Part shown: piece after piece, positions 1 to 8,454 of the stretch | Layout of the letters: each line of letters starts with the position of its first letter | Numbering within the stretch: position 1 is the first letter of the stretch | Virus record (IMG/VR): IMGVR_UViG_3300029318_000028 | Location: 1 to 37,117 of that record | Strand: one strand, 5' to 3' | Source of the DNA: a virus | Lineage: Duplodnaviria > Caudoviricetes | Length of the DNA: 37,117 bases | Made by a program: the position numbers and the translations under genes | The notes under the pieces: generated by a model | What the model saw: only the letters and a program-made list of their open reading frames with translations | The model's database searches: none | What the model was told of the DNA's origin: nothing

Positions 1-173
1 GCAGTCTAAAAAACGTTGATAAATATAGAACTATTTGTTGCATAATATGTATTAGAGGACTTATATAAAAAAAATCTCAAAAATAATGAACAAAATACAA
101 ACAAAAAAAACTTTGATACCCCAAAAATGTGCGGTGCGTCTGAGTATATATAATACATGGGAGTTCAAGACAC

Positions 174-359
174 TTGCACGAAGATAAACAAGTTTTAGCA
201 AAAGTAGTCATAGACAACAAAACTAAAGAAGTTAAGATTATTCTAGGACAATTCAAAGATGAAAACAGCATGATTACAGCTGCACAGATTATTTGTGAAC
301 ATTTAGATATAGACTTCATACCAGAGCTGCCTAGTTTCATCAGTTATACAATTCATTGA
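174..359 (+). CDS. hypothetical protein
   Basis: 61-aa ORF with TTG start; stop overlaps the start of the methyltransferase; no recognisable motif. Confidence 0.55.
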   Translation: MHEDKQVLAKVVIDNKTKEVKIILGQFKDENSMITAAQIICEHLDIDFIPELPSFISYTIH

Positions 360-916
360 TGATTTCCTTCCCTAATAAAAAATATAATATTATATATGCT
401 GATCCAGCTTGGTCTTACAATGATAAAAGAGCAGGAAGTGGTTTTAAAAATCCTAATGGTGCTGGTGGTGCTGATAAACATTATAAAACATTATCTTTAG
501 AAGAAATTTGTTCTATTGATGTTAAATCAATATGTAGTGATAATAGTATGCTTTTTTTATGGTGTACTAGCAGTTTACTTGATTATGGATTTAAAGTTAT
601 TCAATCCTGGGGTTTTAACTTTAAAACTGTAGGTTTTGTTTGGGTAAAATTAACAAAAGATTTATCTAAAGCCTATTCTGGCATGGGTTATTATACAAAT
701 CAAAATGCAGAATTTTGTTTAATAGGATTAAAAGGTAAATATTGGAGAGAAGCAAAAAATATAAAACAAATAATACAAGAGCCTAGACGAGAACACAGTA
801 GAAAACCAGATTGTGTTAGAGATAGAATTGTTGAATTATGTGGTGATCTACCAAGAATAGAATTATTTGCTAGGAATAAAACACCAGGCTGGGATGTATG
901 GGGTAATGAGGTATGA
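356..916 (+). CDS. MT-A70 family DNA amino-methyltransferase
   Basis: IIYADPAW (DPPW-type catalytic motif), LFLW, HSRKP and IELFAR motifs typical of MT-A70; overlaps terL start (ATGA). Confidence 0.9.
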   Translation: MMISFPNKKYNIIYADPAWSYNDKRAGSGFKNPNGAGGADKHYKTLSLEEICSIDVKSICSDNSMLFLWCTSSLLDYGFKVIQSWGFNFKTVGFVWVKLTKDLSKAYSGMGYYTNQNAEFCLIGLKGKYWREAKNIKQIIQEPRREHSRKPDCVRDRIVELCGDLPRIELFARNKTPGWDVWGNEV

Positions 917-2199
917 AAACAATAGAGATACCTTATACCCCTAGACCGCAGCAAAAGACTCTGCACCAGGCATTAGACAAATACAGATTTGCAGTCTGCG
1001 TTATGCACAGGCGAGGAGGTAAGACCATCTTCTCTATCAACCACTTAATTAAATCGGCTCTGACGAGCAAAAAAAGAGCCTTTAGGGGTGCATTCTTCGC
1101 ACCAACAAGAGTCCAGGCTAAATTGATTGCCTGGGATTATATTAAACATTATTCCAGGAAGATACCTGGTATGAAGTATAATGAAACAGAATTAAGAGCT
1201 GACTTTCCAACAGGAGCTAGAGTTACATTGTTTGGTGCTGAAAATCCCGATAGTGCCAGAGGTCAATACTTTGACATGGTATTCTGTGATGAGTATGCAC
1301 AAATGGATGAAAGAATGTTTCCAGAGATTATTAGACCAGCGGTAGCAGACCGCCTAGGTAGTGTAGCCTTTATAGGAACTCCAGCGGGAATGAACAGTTT
1401 TTATGATTTGTATGAAAAAGCAAAAGGAGATCCCGCCTGGTACACTTGTATCTATAAGGCTAGTGAAACAAACCTAGTACCTAAGACCGAGCTAGAAGAA
1501 GCCAGGAAACTGATGACCGAGGATCAGTATCAACAAGAGTTTGAATGTTCTTGGACAGCCAATGTTAGCGGTGCGGTCTATGGTAAGATCATGGATAAGA
1601 TGGAACAAAAAAATCAGATAGGAAGATATCCTTATGATCCTGGGTTTCCTGTTGATGTTTATTTTGATTTAGGTATATCAGATGATACCAGTTTATTATT
1701 TATTCAACAAATTAACCGAGCCATCATGGTCTTTGACTGTTATTCCAATAATAACAAAAGCCTAGATCACTATGCGGATTATATAAAACAAACAGGATAT
1801 AATATTAGAAATTATATTTTTCCACACGATATAGAACATAGAGAGATGTCTACTGGACATTCCAGAAAAGAATATGCATTTAGTATGGGAATGCGACCTA
1901 TCAGAGTTTGTCCAAAGCTACCGATAGAGGATGGTATTCATGCTGGACAACTCTTGCTAAATCGTACATATATTGATAGAGATAATTGTAAACCATTCCT
2001 GGATGCGATGAGATGGTATCATCGTAAATGGTTAGACAAGTTAAAAACTTTTTCTAAACCAGTCCATGATTGGTCAAGTCATTATTGTGATGCCTGGAGA
2101 ACTGCAGCTATTGCAATAAGAGATTTAGATTTTGACAACACAGCTCCTCCGCAACAATATGCAGAGGGGTTAAATTACGATCCACTAGGGAGGGATTGA
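913..2199 (+). CDS. terL: terminase large subunit
   Basis: Walker A HRRGGKT, Walker B FCDEYA, coupling motif IGTP, C-terminal RNase H-like DLG..D and HDWSSHYCDA; SD GAGG upstream. Confidence 0.95.
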   Translation: MKTIEIPYTPRPQQKTLHQALDKYRFAVCVMHRRGGKTIFSINHLIKSALTSKKRAFRGAFFAPTRVQAKLIAWDYIKHYSRKIPGMKYNETELRADFPTGARVTLFGAENPDSARGQYFDMVFCDEYAQMDERMFPEIIRPAVADRLGSVAFIGTPAGMNSFYDLYEKAKGDPAWYTCIYKASETNLVPKTELEEARKLMTEDQYQQEFECSWTANVSGAVYGKIMDKMEQKNQIGRYPYDPGFPVDVYFDLGISDDTSLLFIQQINRAIMVFDCYSNNNKSLDHYADYIKQTGYNIRNYIFPHDIEHREMSTGHSRKEYAFSMGMRPIRVCPKLPIEDGIHAGQLLLNRTYIDRDNCKPFLDAMRWYHRKWLDKLKTFSKPVHDWSSHYCDAWRTAAIAIRDLDFDNTAPPQQYAEGLNYDPLGRD

Positions 2200-2200
2200 T

Positions 2201-2422
2201 ATGGGATTTTTAAGACCAAAGACACCACCGCCACCACCGCCTCCAGCTCCGCTGCCACCAGTACCAGCTGCGACTAGAGAAGAATTACCTGGCGAGTCTA
2301 CAGAAATGATTAATCAGACAATGAAAAGAAAAAGATCTGGTTATACAAAAACAATTCTTACATCCAAAAAAGGTGTAGAAGAAGATCCACAAGTTTATAC
2401 AAAAACTTTGTTAGGTGGCTAA
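2201..2422 (+). CDS. small Pro-rich head-module protein
   Basis: 73 aa, poly-Pro N-terminus, ends KTLLGG; SD GGAGG; typical position between terL and portal. Confidence 0.8.
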   Translation: MGFLRPKTPPPPPPPAPLPPVPAATREELPGESTEMINQTMKRKRSGYTKTILTSKKGVEEDPQVYTKTLLGG

Positions 2423-3040
2423 ATGAGTTCAGAAGGAGCAACACAAAAGAGAAACCAGGAAAGAGCTGCTAAGACGCAAGAGCTGATGGAAAATATTATG
2501 ACGGGTGGAGAGATCTCTAAAAAGAGAGAAGCTGAATTACAAAAAGCAGCAGATGCGGGTAGAGGTATACAGTTTATAGAAGGATCACCGACAGTAGGTA
2601 ATCTTTATCAAAGTGATGGTAAGGGTGGAAAAAAACCAGTAATGAGAACGGGAGCTTCTGCTGTTGATTACACAGGAAGAATAGCTGCGTCTGCACCAAC
2701 ATTTGGAGAACTAGCGGGTGATTTAGCAAGAGCAGTTTTTGGTGGTCAAGCAAAAGATCCAGCATATCTCAGAGAGCCTATTAGTTCTGCTCCAGGTACA
2801 ACTACAACAAACTATATGCAGTACACACCAAAACCACAAAAGGTAAAAGGGATTGTACCTAGTATGATAGAAAAAGGTGGTACACCAATAGGCATAGCGA
2901 TGAACTCAATCTTAGGTAAAGAAAATATTACTAAAGAAACACCAACAGAAAAAAGAAAAAGAATTTATGAACAGGGTGTTAAAGATTATTCCACACTATT
3001 AGGTGGACAGAGAAATAAGAAAGGTGGATTAATTAAATAA
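2423..3040 (+). CDS. hypothetical protein, possibly virion-associated
   Basis: 205-aa ORF abutting both neighbours; STLLGG near the C-terminus. Confidence 0.7.
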   Translation: MSSEGATQKRNQERAAKTQELMENIMTGGEISKKREAELQKAADAGRGIQFIEGSPTVGNLYQSDGKGGKKPVMRTGASAVDYTGRIAASAPTFGELAGDLARAVFGGQAKDPAYLREPISSAPGTTTTNYMQYTPKPQKVKGIVPSMIEKGGTPIGIAMNSILGKENITKETPTEKRKRIYEQGVKDYSTLLGGQRNKKGGLIK

Positions 3041-4626
3041 TGCATGGCAAGGATTTAAGAAGCCAGTTTGGTCAATTAAAAACGAAAAGACAAAACTGGG
3101 AAAGTCATTGGCAAGAAGTAGCAGACTACTGCCTACCAAGACGAGCTGATGTAACAACAGCAAGATCAAGAGGAGATAAAAGAACAGAAAGAATATTTGA
3201 TGGTACAGCTCTGCATAGCCTGGAGCTACTAGCTTCTTCTTTACATGGAATGCTGACTAACGCAGCTACTCCCTGGTTCTCTATGAGATTTAAAGATGAA
3301 ATGATCTCTAGTGTAGAAGAAAACAAAGAATGGTTAGAGTCATGTACTGCAACCATGTATATGGCATTAGATAGATCTAATTTTCAACAAGAAGTACACG
3401 AACTCTATACAGACATGGTAGCCTTTGGTACTGGCTGTATGATGATTGAGGATGATGAAAAAGATTTTGTAAGATTTTCAACCAGGCATATTAAAGAAAT
3501 ATATATCCAGGAAAATAACCAGGGTGTTGTTGATACAATCCATCGTGAGTTAAAGATGACAGCGAGAGCTGCATACCTACAGTTCGGAGATAAATTACCA
3601 AAAAGAATTGCAAAGATAGTAAAAGAATCACCGCATGATGATGTAACTCTATATCATTGTATTAAGCCTAATGATGAACTTAATCCTTATAAACTAGATA
3701 ATAAATCTATGGAGTATAGCTCCATCTATTACGATGATGATGGAACAATTATTAGTGTATCTGGTTTTAGAGAGTTTCCTTTTGTCGTACCAAGATGGTT
3801 AAAATCTAGTAATGAAGTGTATGGCAGATCTCCATCTATGACAGCTCTTGCTGATATTAAGATGATTAATAAGATGGCAGAAACAACAATTAAAGCAGCA
3901 CAAAAAATGGTAGATCCTCCGCTACTTGTACCAGATGACTCTTTTATGCTACCAGTAAGAACACAACCAGGCGGATTGAACTTTTATAGATCTGGTACTA
4001 GAGATACAATCACACCATTAAATATTGGTGCGAACACACCACTAGGTTTAAATATAGAAGAACAAAGAAGAACAGCTATTAAACAAGCCTATTATGTCGA
4101 TCAATTATTGATGTCGCAAAATATCCAAATGACAGCAACAGAGGTAATGCAACGTAATGAAGAAAAGATGAGATTGTTAGCTCCTGTATTGGGTAGATTA
4201 CAATCAGAAATGTTGCAGCCTTTAATTAATAGAACTTTCAATATTCTACTAAGGAAAGGAATATTACCAGCAGCTCCAGAAGAACTACAAGGTCAAACTA
4301 TTGATATTGAATATGTATCACCATTAGCAAGATCTCAAAAACAAGGAGATGTCCAGGCAATATTACGAACCTTAGAGATAGTTACACCGATGGCACAGAT
4401 GAGTCCAGTCATGGATTTCATTGACACCGATAAGATGGTTAAACACTTAGCAGATATTTTAGGTGTACCATCCAAGGTAGTAAGATCAGCTAATGAAGTA
4501 ATGCAGATCCGTAAGCAAAGAGCTGAAGCACAACAAGCACAAGCACAAGCTCAACAGGATATGCAAACAGCAGAAGCTGGTGGAAAAGTAGCTCCATTAG
4601 TGAGAGAACTAAATCGTGGACAGTAA
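3040..4626 (+). CDS. portal (head-to-tail connector)
   Basis: 528 aa; AFGTG, RW...EVYGRSP, MTATEV..R.EE...LAPVLGRL and EYVSPLA motifs of T7 gp8/BPP-1-like portals. Confidence 0.95.
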   Translation: MHGKDLRSQFGQLKTKRQNWESHWQEVADYCLPRRADVTTARSRGDKRTERIFDGTALHSLELLASSLHGMLTNAATPWFSMRFKDEMISSVEENKEWLESCTATMYMALDRSNFQQEVHELYTDMVAFGTGCMMIEDDEKDFVRFSTRHIKEIYIQENNQGVVDTIHRELKMTARAAYLQFGDKLPKRIAKIVKESPHDDVTLYHCIKPNDELNPYKLDNKSMEYSSIYYDDDGTIISVSGFREFPFVVPRWLKSSNEVYGRSPSMTALADIKMINKMAETTIKAAQKMVDPPLLVPDDSFMLPVRTQPGGLNFYRSGTRDTITPLNIGANTPLGLNIEEQRRTAIKQAYYVDQLLMSQNIQMTATEVMQRNEEKMRLLAPVLGRLQSEMLQPLINRTFNILLRKGILPAAPEELQGQTIDIEYVSPLARSQKQGDVQAILRTLEIVTPMAQMSPVMDFIDTDKMVKHLADILGVPSKVVRSANEVMQIRKQRAEAQQAQAQAQQDMQTAEAGGKVAPLVRELNRGQ

Positions 4627-4828
4627 AAAAGTAGAAGAACTACTTAAAGACTACAAAATTACTTTTGGAACTGTTCAAGGAGAAAAGGTGTTACAAGATC
4701 TTGAAAATAGATTTCATCACAATGTAACTACATTTTCCAAAGACGCATTAGAGATGGCATACCTGGAAGGACAGAGATCTGTCATCTTAATGATTAAAAA
4801 TATAATTAAGGAGAATAAGAAAAAATGA
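4616..4828 (+). CDS. small conserved head protein (Bbp19-like)
   Basis: Y..TF....GEKVL.DL...F and AYLEGQRSV pattern; lies between portal and scaffold. Confidence 0.75.
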   Translation: MDSKKVEELLKDYKITFGTVQGEKVLQDLENRFHHNVTTFSKDALEMAYLEGQRSVILMIKNIIKENKKK

Positions 4829-5655
4829 GTGAAGAACAGACAACTGTTGTCGGAGAACAACAATCTGAGCAGCCACAGGCGGAAGCACAAACAACAGACA
4901 CAGGAGCTACGTTCCTGGATACGTTACCAGAAGATATAAGAGGAGAACCATCCTTAAAGAATTTTACTAATTCTGGAGATCTAGCAAAAAGTTTTATTCA
5001 TGCACAACGTATGGTAGGCATGGATAAGATACCAGTACCAGGTAAACATTCGACAGAAGATGATTGGCAAGTTATTTATGACAGATTAGGTAGACCATCT
5101 GATCCTAATGAATATTCTTTTGAGAACTCATCATTCCAGGCAGACGATCCTGGTGTTGCAGAATTTAAAAAAGTAGCTCACGCAGCTGGATTAAATCCTA
5201 GCCAGGCTAATAAGATCATGCAATTTTATGATGGGTTACAACAATCATCTGCAGAAACAGTTACTGCTAATCAACAGAAAGTAAGAGAAGAATCAGAGCT
5301 AGAGCTGCGTAAAGATTTTGGTCTTGCTTTTGATAAAAAAGTACAACAAGCAGACGATGTATTTCAAAAATTTTTTCCGAATGAGATGAAAGATGTCAAA
5401 CTAGCAAATGGAAATTTGTTAGGCAACGAACCTATCTTTATAAAAGCACTTGCAAAGTTAGCTGATAACTTTTCTGAAGATAGTATGCAGTCTGAAAATG
5501 ACTTGACATTGACACCAGATGATGCTCAAAAAGAAATAGACAAGCTGGTGAGTCCAGGCACTCCCTATTGGGATAAGAAACATCCTGGTCATCAAGCAGC
5601 TGTTGAAGAAGTTGCCATGCTCCAGAATATGAAGCATGGGATCATTCCAGAATAA
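4825..5655 (+). CDS. capsid assembly scaffolding protein
   Basis: Acidic, helical; DLAKSF, LGRP..P.EY and C-terminal PYW...HP.H...V motif; directly upstream of the capsid gene; SD AAGGAG. Confidence 0.85.
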   Translation: MSEEQTTVVGEQQSEQPQAEAQTTDTGATFLDTLPEDIRGEPSLKNFTNSGDLAKSFIHAQRMVGMDKIPVPGKHSTEDDWQVIYDRLGRPSDPNEYSFENSSFQADDPGVAEFKKVAHAAGLNPSQANKIMQFYDGLQQSSAETVTANQQKVREESELELRKDFGLAFDKKVQQADDVFQKFFPNEMKDVKLANGNLLGNEPIFIKALAKLADNFSEDSMQSENDLTLTPDDAQKEIDKLVSPGTPYWDKKHPGHQAAVEEVAMLQNMKHGIIPE

Positions 5656-5746
5656 TCCGCAAGGACTCTGGCGACACTAGGAACAGACTGGCATCTATCA
5701 GATGTAAAATGAAGGTAAAACTCGAAAGGGATAATTTATCGACAGT
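5647..5746 (+). ncRNA. putative structured cis-regulatory RNA upstream of the major capsid gene
   Basis: Hairpin CCAGA-ATAA-TCC-GCAA-GGA-C-TCTGG; multistem ACTG/CAGT enclosing GCATCT-ATC-AGATGT and GGTAAA-A-CTC-GAAA-GGG-ATAA-TTTATC; two GNRA tetraloops. Confidence 0.55.
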
Positions 5747-5777
5747 ATATTAACAAACTAAGAAAGGAAATGACGAA

Positions 5778-6650
5778 ATGTCAAACCAAATAACCACTGC
5801 GTTTGTGGAACAGTATAGTAACAACGTAACTATGCTTTCACAACAAATGGGTTCTTTACTTAGAAATGCTGTTGATGTTGAAACTGTAAAAGGAAAAAAT
5901 GCTTTCTTTGAACAGATTGGAGAAGTTACAGCACAAGTAAGAACTTCAAGACATTCAGACACTCCTCAGTTAGACACACCCCACTCTCGTAGAAGGGTAA
6001 GTCTAGCGGATTACGAGTGGGCTGATCTTATAGACGACCAAGACAAAATCAGAATGTTAATTGATCCTACATCCTCATATGCTAAAGCAGCAGCTGCAGC
6101 GATGGGTAGATCTATGGATGATGTTATCATTACTGCTTTAGGCGGCACAGCTAATACAGGAGTATCTGGTGGTACTTCTACAGCTTTACCATCTTCACAG
6201 AAGCCTTTTTCTGCTTCACAATCAGATGGTTTAACAATCGCCAAACTATTAGAAGCTAAATTTCTTATGGATGATGCAAGTGTTGATCCTTCACTCAAGA
6301 GATTTTTTGTATGTTCACCAAAACAAATTCAAGATTTGTTGAACACTACTGAAGTGAAATCATCTGATTTCAACACAGTAAAAGCTCTTGCACAAGGACA
6401 GCTAAACTCATTCTTAGGTTTTGAGTTCATTATGTCTACAAGACTTAGCTTTGATTCTACTAACACTGACGACAGACTTTGTTATGCTTTCACAGAAGAT
6501 GCTATCAAACTTGCTATTGGTAAGGATGTAACAGCTCGTATTGATGAGAGATCAGATAAAGGCTATTCTACCCAGGTATACTATTGCATGAGCATTGGTG
6601 CTACCAGAATGGAAGAAGAAAAAGTCGTTGAAGTCGCTTGTGATGAATAG
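5778..6650 (+). CDS. major capsid protein
   Basis: 290 aa; TAFVEQY....LSQQ.GS.LR, DTPH.RR, D..R.L.DP.S.Y, G.FLGF.FI and GATR.EE motifs of T7-like/BPP-1-like capsids; SD AAGGA. Confidence 0.93.
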   Translation: MSNQITTAFVEQYSNNVTMLSQQMGSLLRNAVDVETVKGKNAFFEQIGEVTAQVRTSRHSDTPQLDTPHSRRRVSLADYEWADLIDDQDKIRMLIDPTSSYAKAAAAAMGRSMDDVIITALGGTANTGVSGGTSTALPSSQKPFSASQSDGLTIAKLLEAKFLMDDASVDPSLKRFFVCSPKQIQDLLNTTEVKSSDFNTVKALAQGQLNSFLGFEFIMSTRLSFDSTNTDDRLCYAFTEDAIKLAIGKDVTARIDERSDKGYSTQVYYCMSIGATRMEEEKVVEVACDE

Positions 6651-6659
6651 GAGTAAAAC

Positions 6660-7109
6660 ATGGCTAGTGTAAAAGGTGCAAACATAACCAACATGGACAG
6701 CACACCAGCTGTCAATGTATCATCAGAAAATGCGGGAGGTAAAATCAGAGTATTTCACGATACTTATGAAGCATCCTCTTTAGCTTCTGGTTCTGATATC
6801 ACTATCGCAAGAATACCAGCAAATGCCACAATTCACGATGTAGTCGTAAAATGTGATGCATTAGGTTCTGGTGTTACTCTTAAAGTCGGTGATTCTAGTG
6901 ATGATGATAGATTTATTACTGTTGTCGGAACTTGGAACGTAGCTGGACAATCTCAGTCTATGTTAGCGGGTTCTTCTACTGGTGCGCCAGTACCAGCAGT
7001 AACTGGTCTAGGCTATAGAACTACAGCATCCACAGATGTTCTAATTACTACTGGCGGTGCATCCGCTACTGGAACAATCTTTGCATGGGTAATGTACTCT
7101 GTAGAGTAA
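6660..7109 (+). CDS. capsid decoration/minor capsid protein (putative)
   Basis: 149 aa, beta-rich, Gly/Ser/Thr-rich; right after the capsid gene; SD AGGAG. Confidence 0.65.
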   Translation: MASVKGANITNMDSTPAVNVSSENAGGKIRVFHDTYEASSLASGSDITIARIPANATIHDVVVKCDALGSGVTLKVGDSSDDDRFITVVGTWNVAGQSQSMLAGSSTGAPVPAVTGLGYRTTASTDVLITTGGASATGTIFAWVMYSVE

Positions 7110-7114
7110 TTTAT

Positions 7115-7138
7115 TTGGGGGAGCATTTGCTCCCCTAA
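7115..7138 (+). terminator. hairpin after capsid genes (terminator or stabiliser)
   Basis: GGGGAGC-ATTT-GCTCCCC stem-loop; no clear U-tract. Confidence 0.55.
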
Positions 7139-7185
7139 TATGATATAAAATGGATGTATGGGAAATATTATTTAAGGAGAAACAA

Positions 7186-7296
7186 ATGCCAAAAGTAGGA
7201 AAAAAATCATATCCATATACTAAAGCTGGAATGGCAGCTGCTAAGAAAGATGCTAAGAAGTCTGGCAAAAAAATGTCATATGGGAAGAAAAAATAA
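7186..7296 (+). CDS. 36-aa Lys-rich protein (not in ORF track)
   Basis: SD TAAGGAG; MPKVGKKSYPYTKAGMAAAKKDAKKSGKKMSYGKKK; TAATG coupling to the next gene. Confidence 0.75.
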   Translation: MPKVGKKSYPYTKAGMAAAKKDAKKSGKKMSYGKKK

Positions 7297-7436
7297 TGTT
7301 AAAGGGTAATCAAAAAAAATTAGACGCAAATAAAGATGGTAAGATATCTGGTAAAGATTTTGCGATGTTAAGAAATAGACCAAGAACAAAAAGTATTAAA
7401 CGTAATGTAGGAATGGATCAGAAAAAGAATGGCTAA
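7296..7436 (+). CDS. 46-aa basic protein with an EF-hand-like loop (not in ORF track)
   Basis: MLKGNQKKLDANKDGKISGKDFAMLRNRPRTKSIKRNVGMDQKKNG; DxNxDGxIsxxD loop. Confidence 0.75.
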   Translation: MLKGNQKKLDANKDGKISGKDFAMLRNRPRTKSIKRNVGMDQKKNG

Positions 7437-7578
7437 AAAAGGATTATATTACAACATTAACCAAAGAAAAAAGAAGGGTATTTCAAGACCAAAATCAAAG
7501 TCTACTATTTCAGACTCAGCCTATGCTAACATGAAAGCTGGTTTTCCAAAGAAAAAGAAAAAAACCATGATTGGCTAA
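7429..7578 (+). CDS. 49-aa Lys-rich protein (not in ORF track)
   Basis: MAKKGLYYNINQRKKKGISRPKSKSTISDSAYANMKAGFPKKKKKTMIG; overlaps the previous stop. Confidence 0.75.
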   Translation: MAKKGLYYNINQRKKKGISRPKSKSTISDSAYANMKAGFPKKKKKTMIG

Positions 7579-7579
7579 G

Positions 7580-7870
7580 ATGGTAGCGAAGAAGTATCAA
7601 AATAAAAGTGGTGGATTAAACCAGGCTGGTAGAGATTATTTTAAACGTACAGAAGGATCTAATCTAAAAGCACCAGTCAAATCTGGAACTAATCCACGCA
7701 GAGTTTCTTTTGCAGCCAGGTTTGCTGGTATGAAAGGATCAATGAAAAAACCAGATGGCAGTCCGACCAGGAAAGCTCTTGCCTTAAAAAAATGGGGTTT
7801 TGGATCAGTAGAAGCAGCTCGTAACTTTGCTAACAGACATAAAAAGAAAAAAAGGACTATGGTAGGATGA
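7580..7870 (+). CDS. basic protein, DUF6321-like
   Basis: GGLN.AGR...NLKAPV...NPRR.SF.AR...ALKKW pattern; ATG 7580 preferred over the track's TTG 7571. Confidence 0.75.
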   Translation: MVAKKYQNKSGGLNQAGRDYFKRTEGSNLKAPVKSGTNPRRVSFAARFAGMKGSMKKPDGSPTRKALALKKWGFGSVEAARNFANRHKKKKRTMVG

Positions 7871-8454
7871 CATCAGTAGTAGAAATTTGTAACTCAGCAC
7901 TCAATATTTTAGGTGCAAATAATATTACAGCTCTGACAGAAGATAGTAAAAATGCCAGGCTGTGTAATCAACGATATGAACCATTACGAGATGCAGTATT
8001 TAGAGAACATACCTGGAACTGTTTAATCAAAAGAGTTGAATTAGCACAAGATACAGATACTCCAACACATGAATATAGTTATCAATATCAGCTGCCTAGT
8101 GATTGTATTAGGGTTTTGTCGCTAGGTGGTTATCATAATGGAACATCATCAAACCTAGATGGTGGACAAAAATTTAAAGTTGAAGGTAGAAAAATATTAA
8201 CAGACGAAGAAACTGTTTATTTAATCTATTCAGCCAGGATAACAGATCCTACACAATACGATACATTGTTAATTGAAAGTTTAGTATCCAGGTTAGCAGC
8301 AGAATTATGTTATGCTGTTACTAGCTCTACAAGTTTAGCAGTAGCTCTTAAAAGTGATTATCAAGAAAAGCTAAGATTAGCTAGACACGCAGATGCTACT
8401 GAAGGTACTGCAGATGTATTAGACTCCTCAACCTACATCAATGCGAGGTACTAA
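7867..8454 (+). CDS. tail tubular protein A (adaptor, T7 gp11-like)
   Basis: EICNSAL..LG, H.WN....R..L, Y.YQLP.DC.R motifs. Confidence 0.9.
   Translation: MTSVVEICNSALNILGANNITALTEDSKNARLCNQRYEPLRDAVFREHTWNCLIKRVELAQDTDTPTHEYSYQYQLPSDCIRVLSLGGYHNGTSSNLDGGQKFKVEGRKILTDEETVYLIYSARITDPTQYDTLLIESLVSRLAAELCYAVTSSTSLAVALKSDYQEKLRLARHADATEGTADVLDSSTYINARY

Noticed and set aside
1-173. AT-rich non-coding start as a packaging or terminus site
   Set aside because: Position near terL is suggestive, but no repeat or end overlap is visible; needs read-end data
77-340. 87-aa minus-strand ORF and similar short antisense ORFs across the structural arm
   Set aside because: Opposite to a tightly coupled + strand operon, with no motifs or RBS
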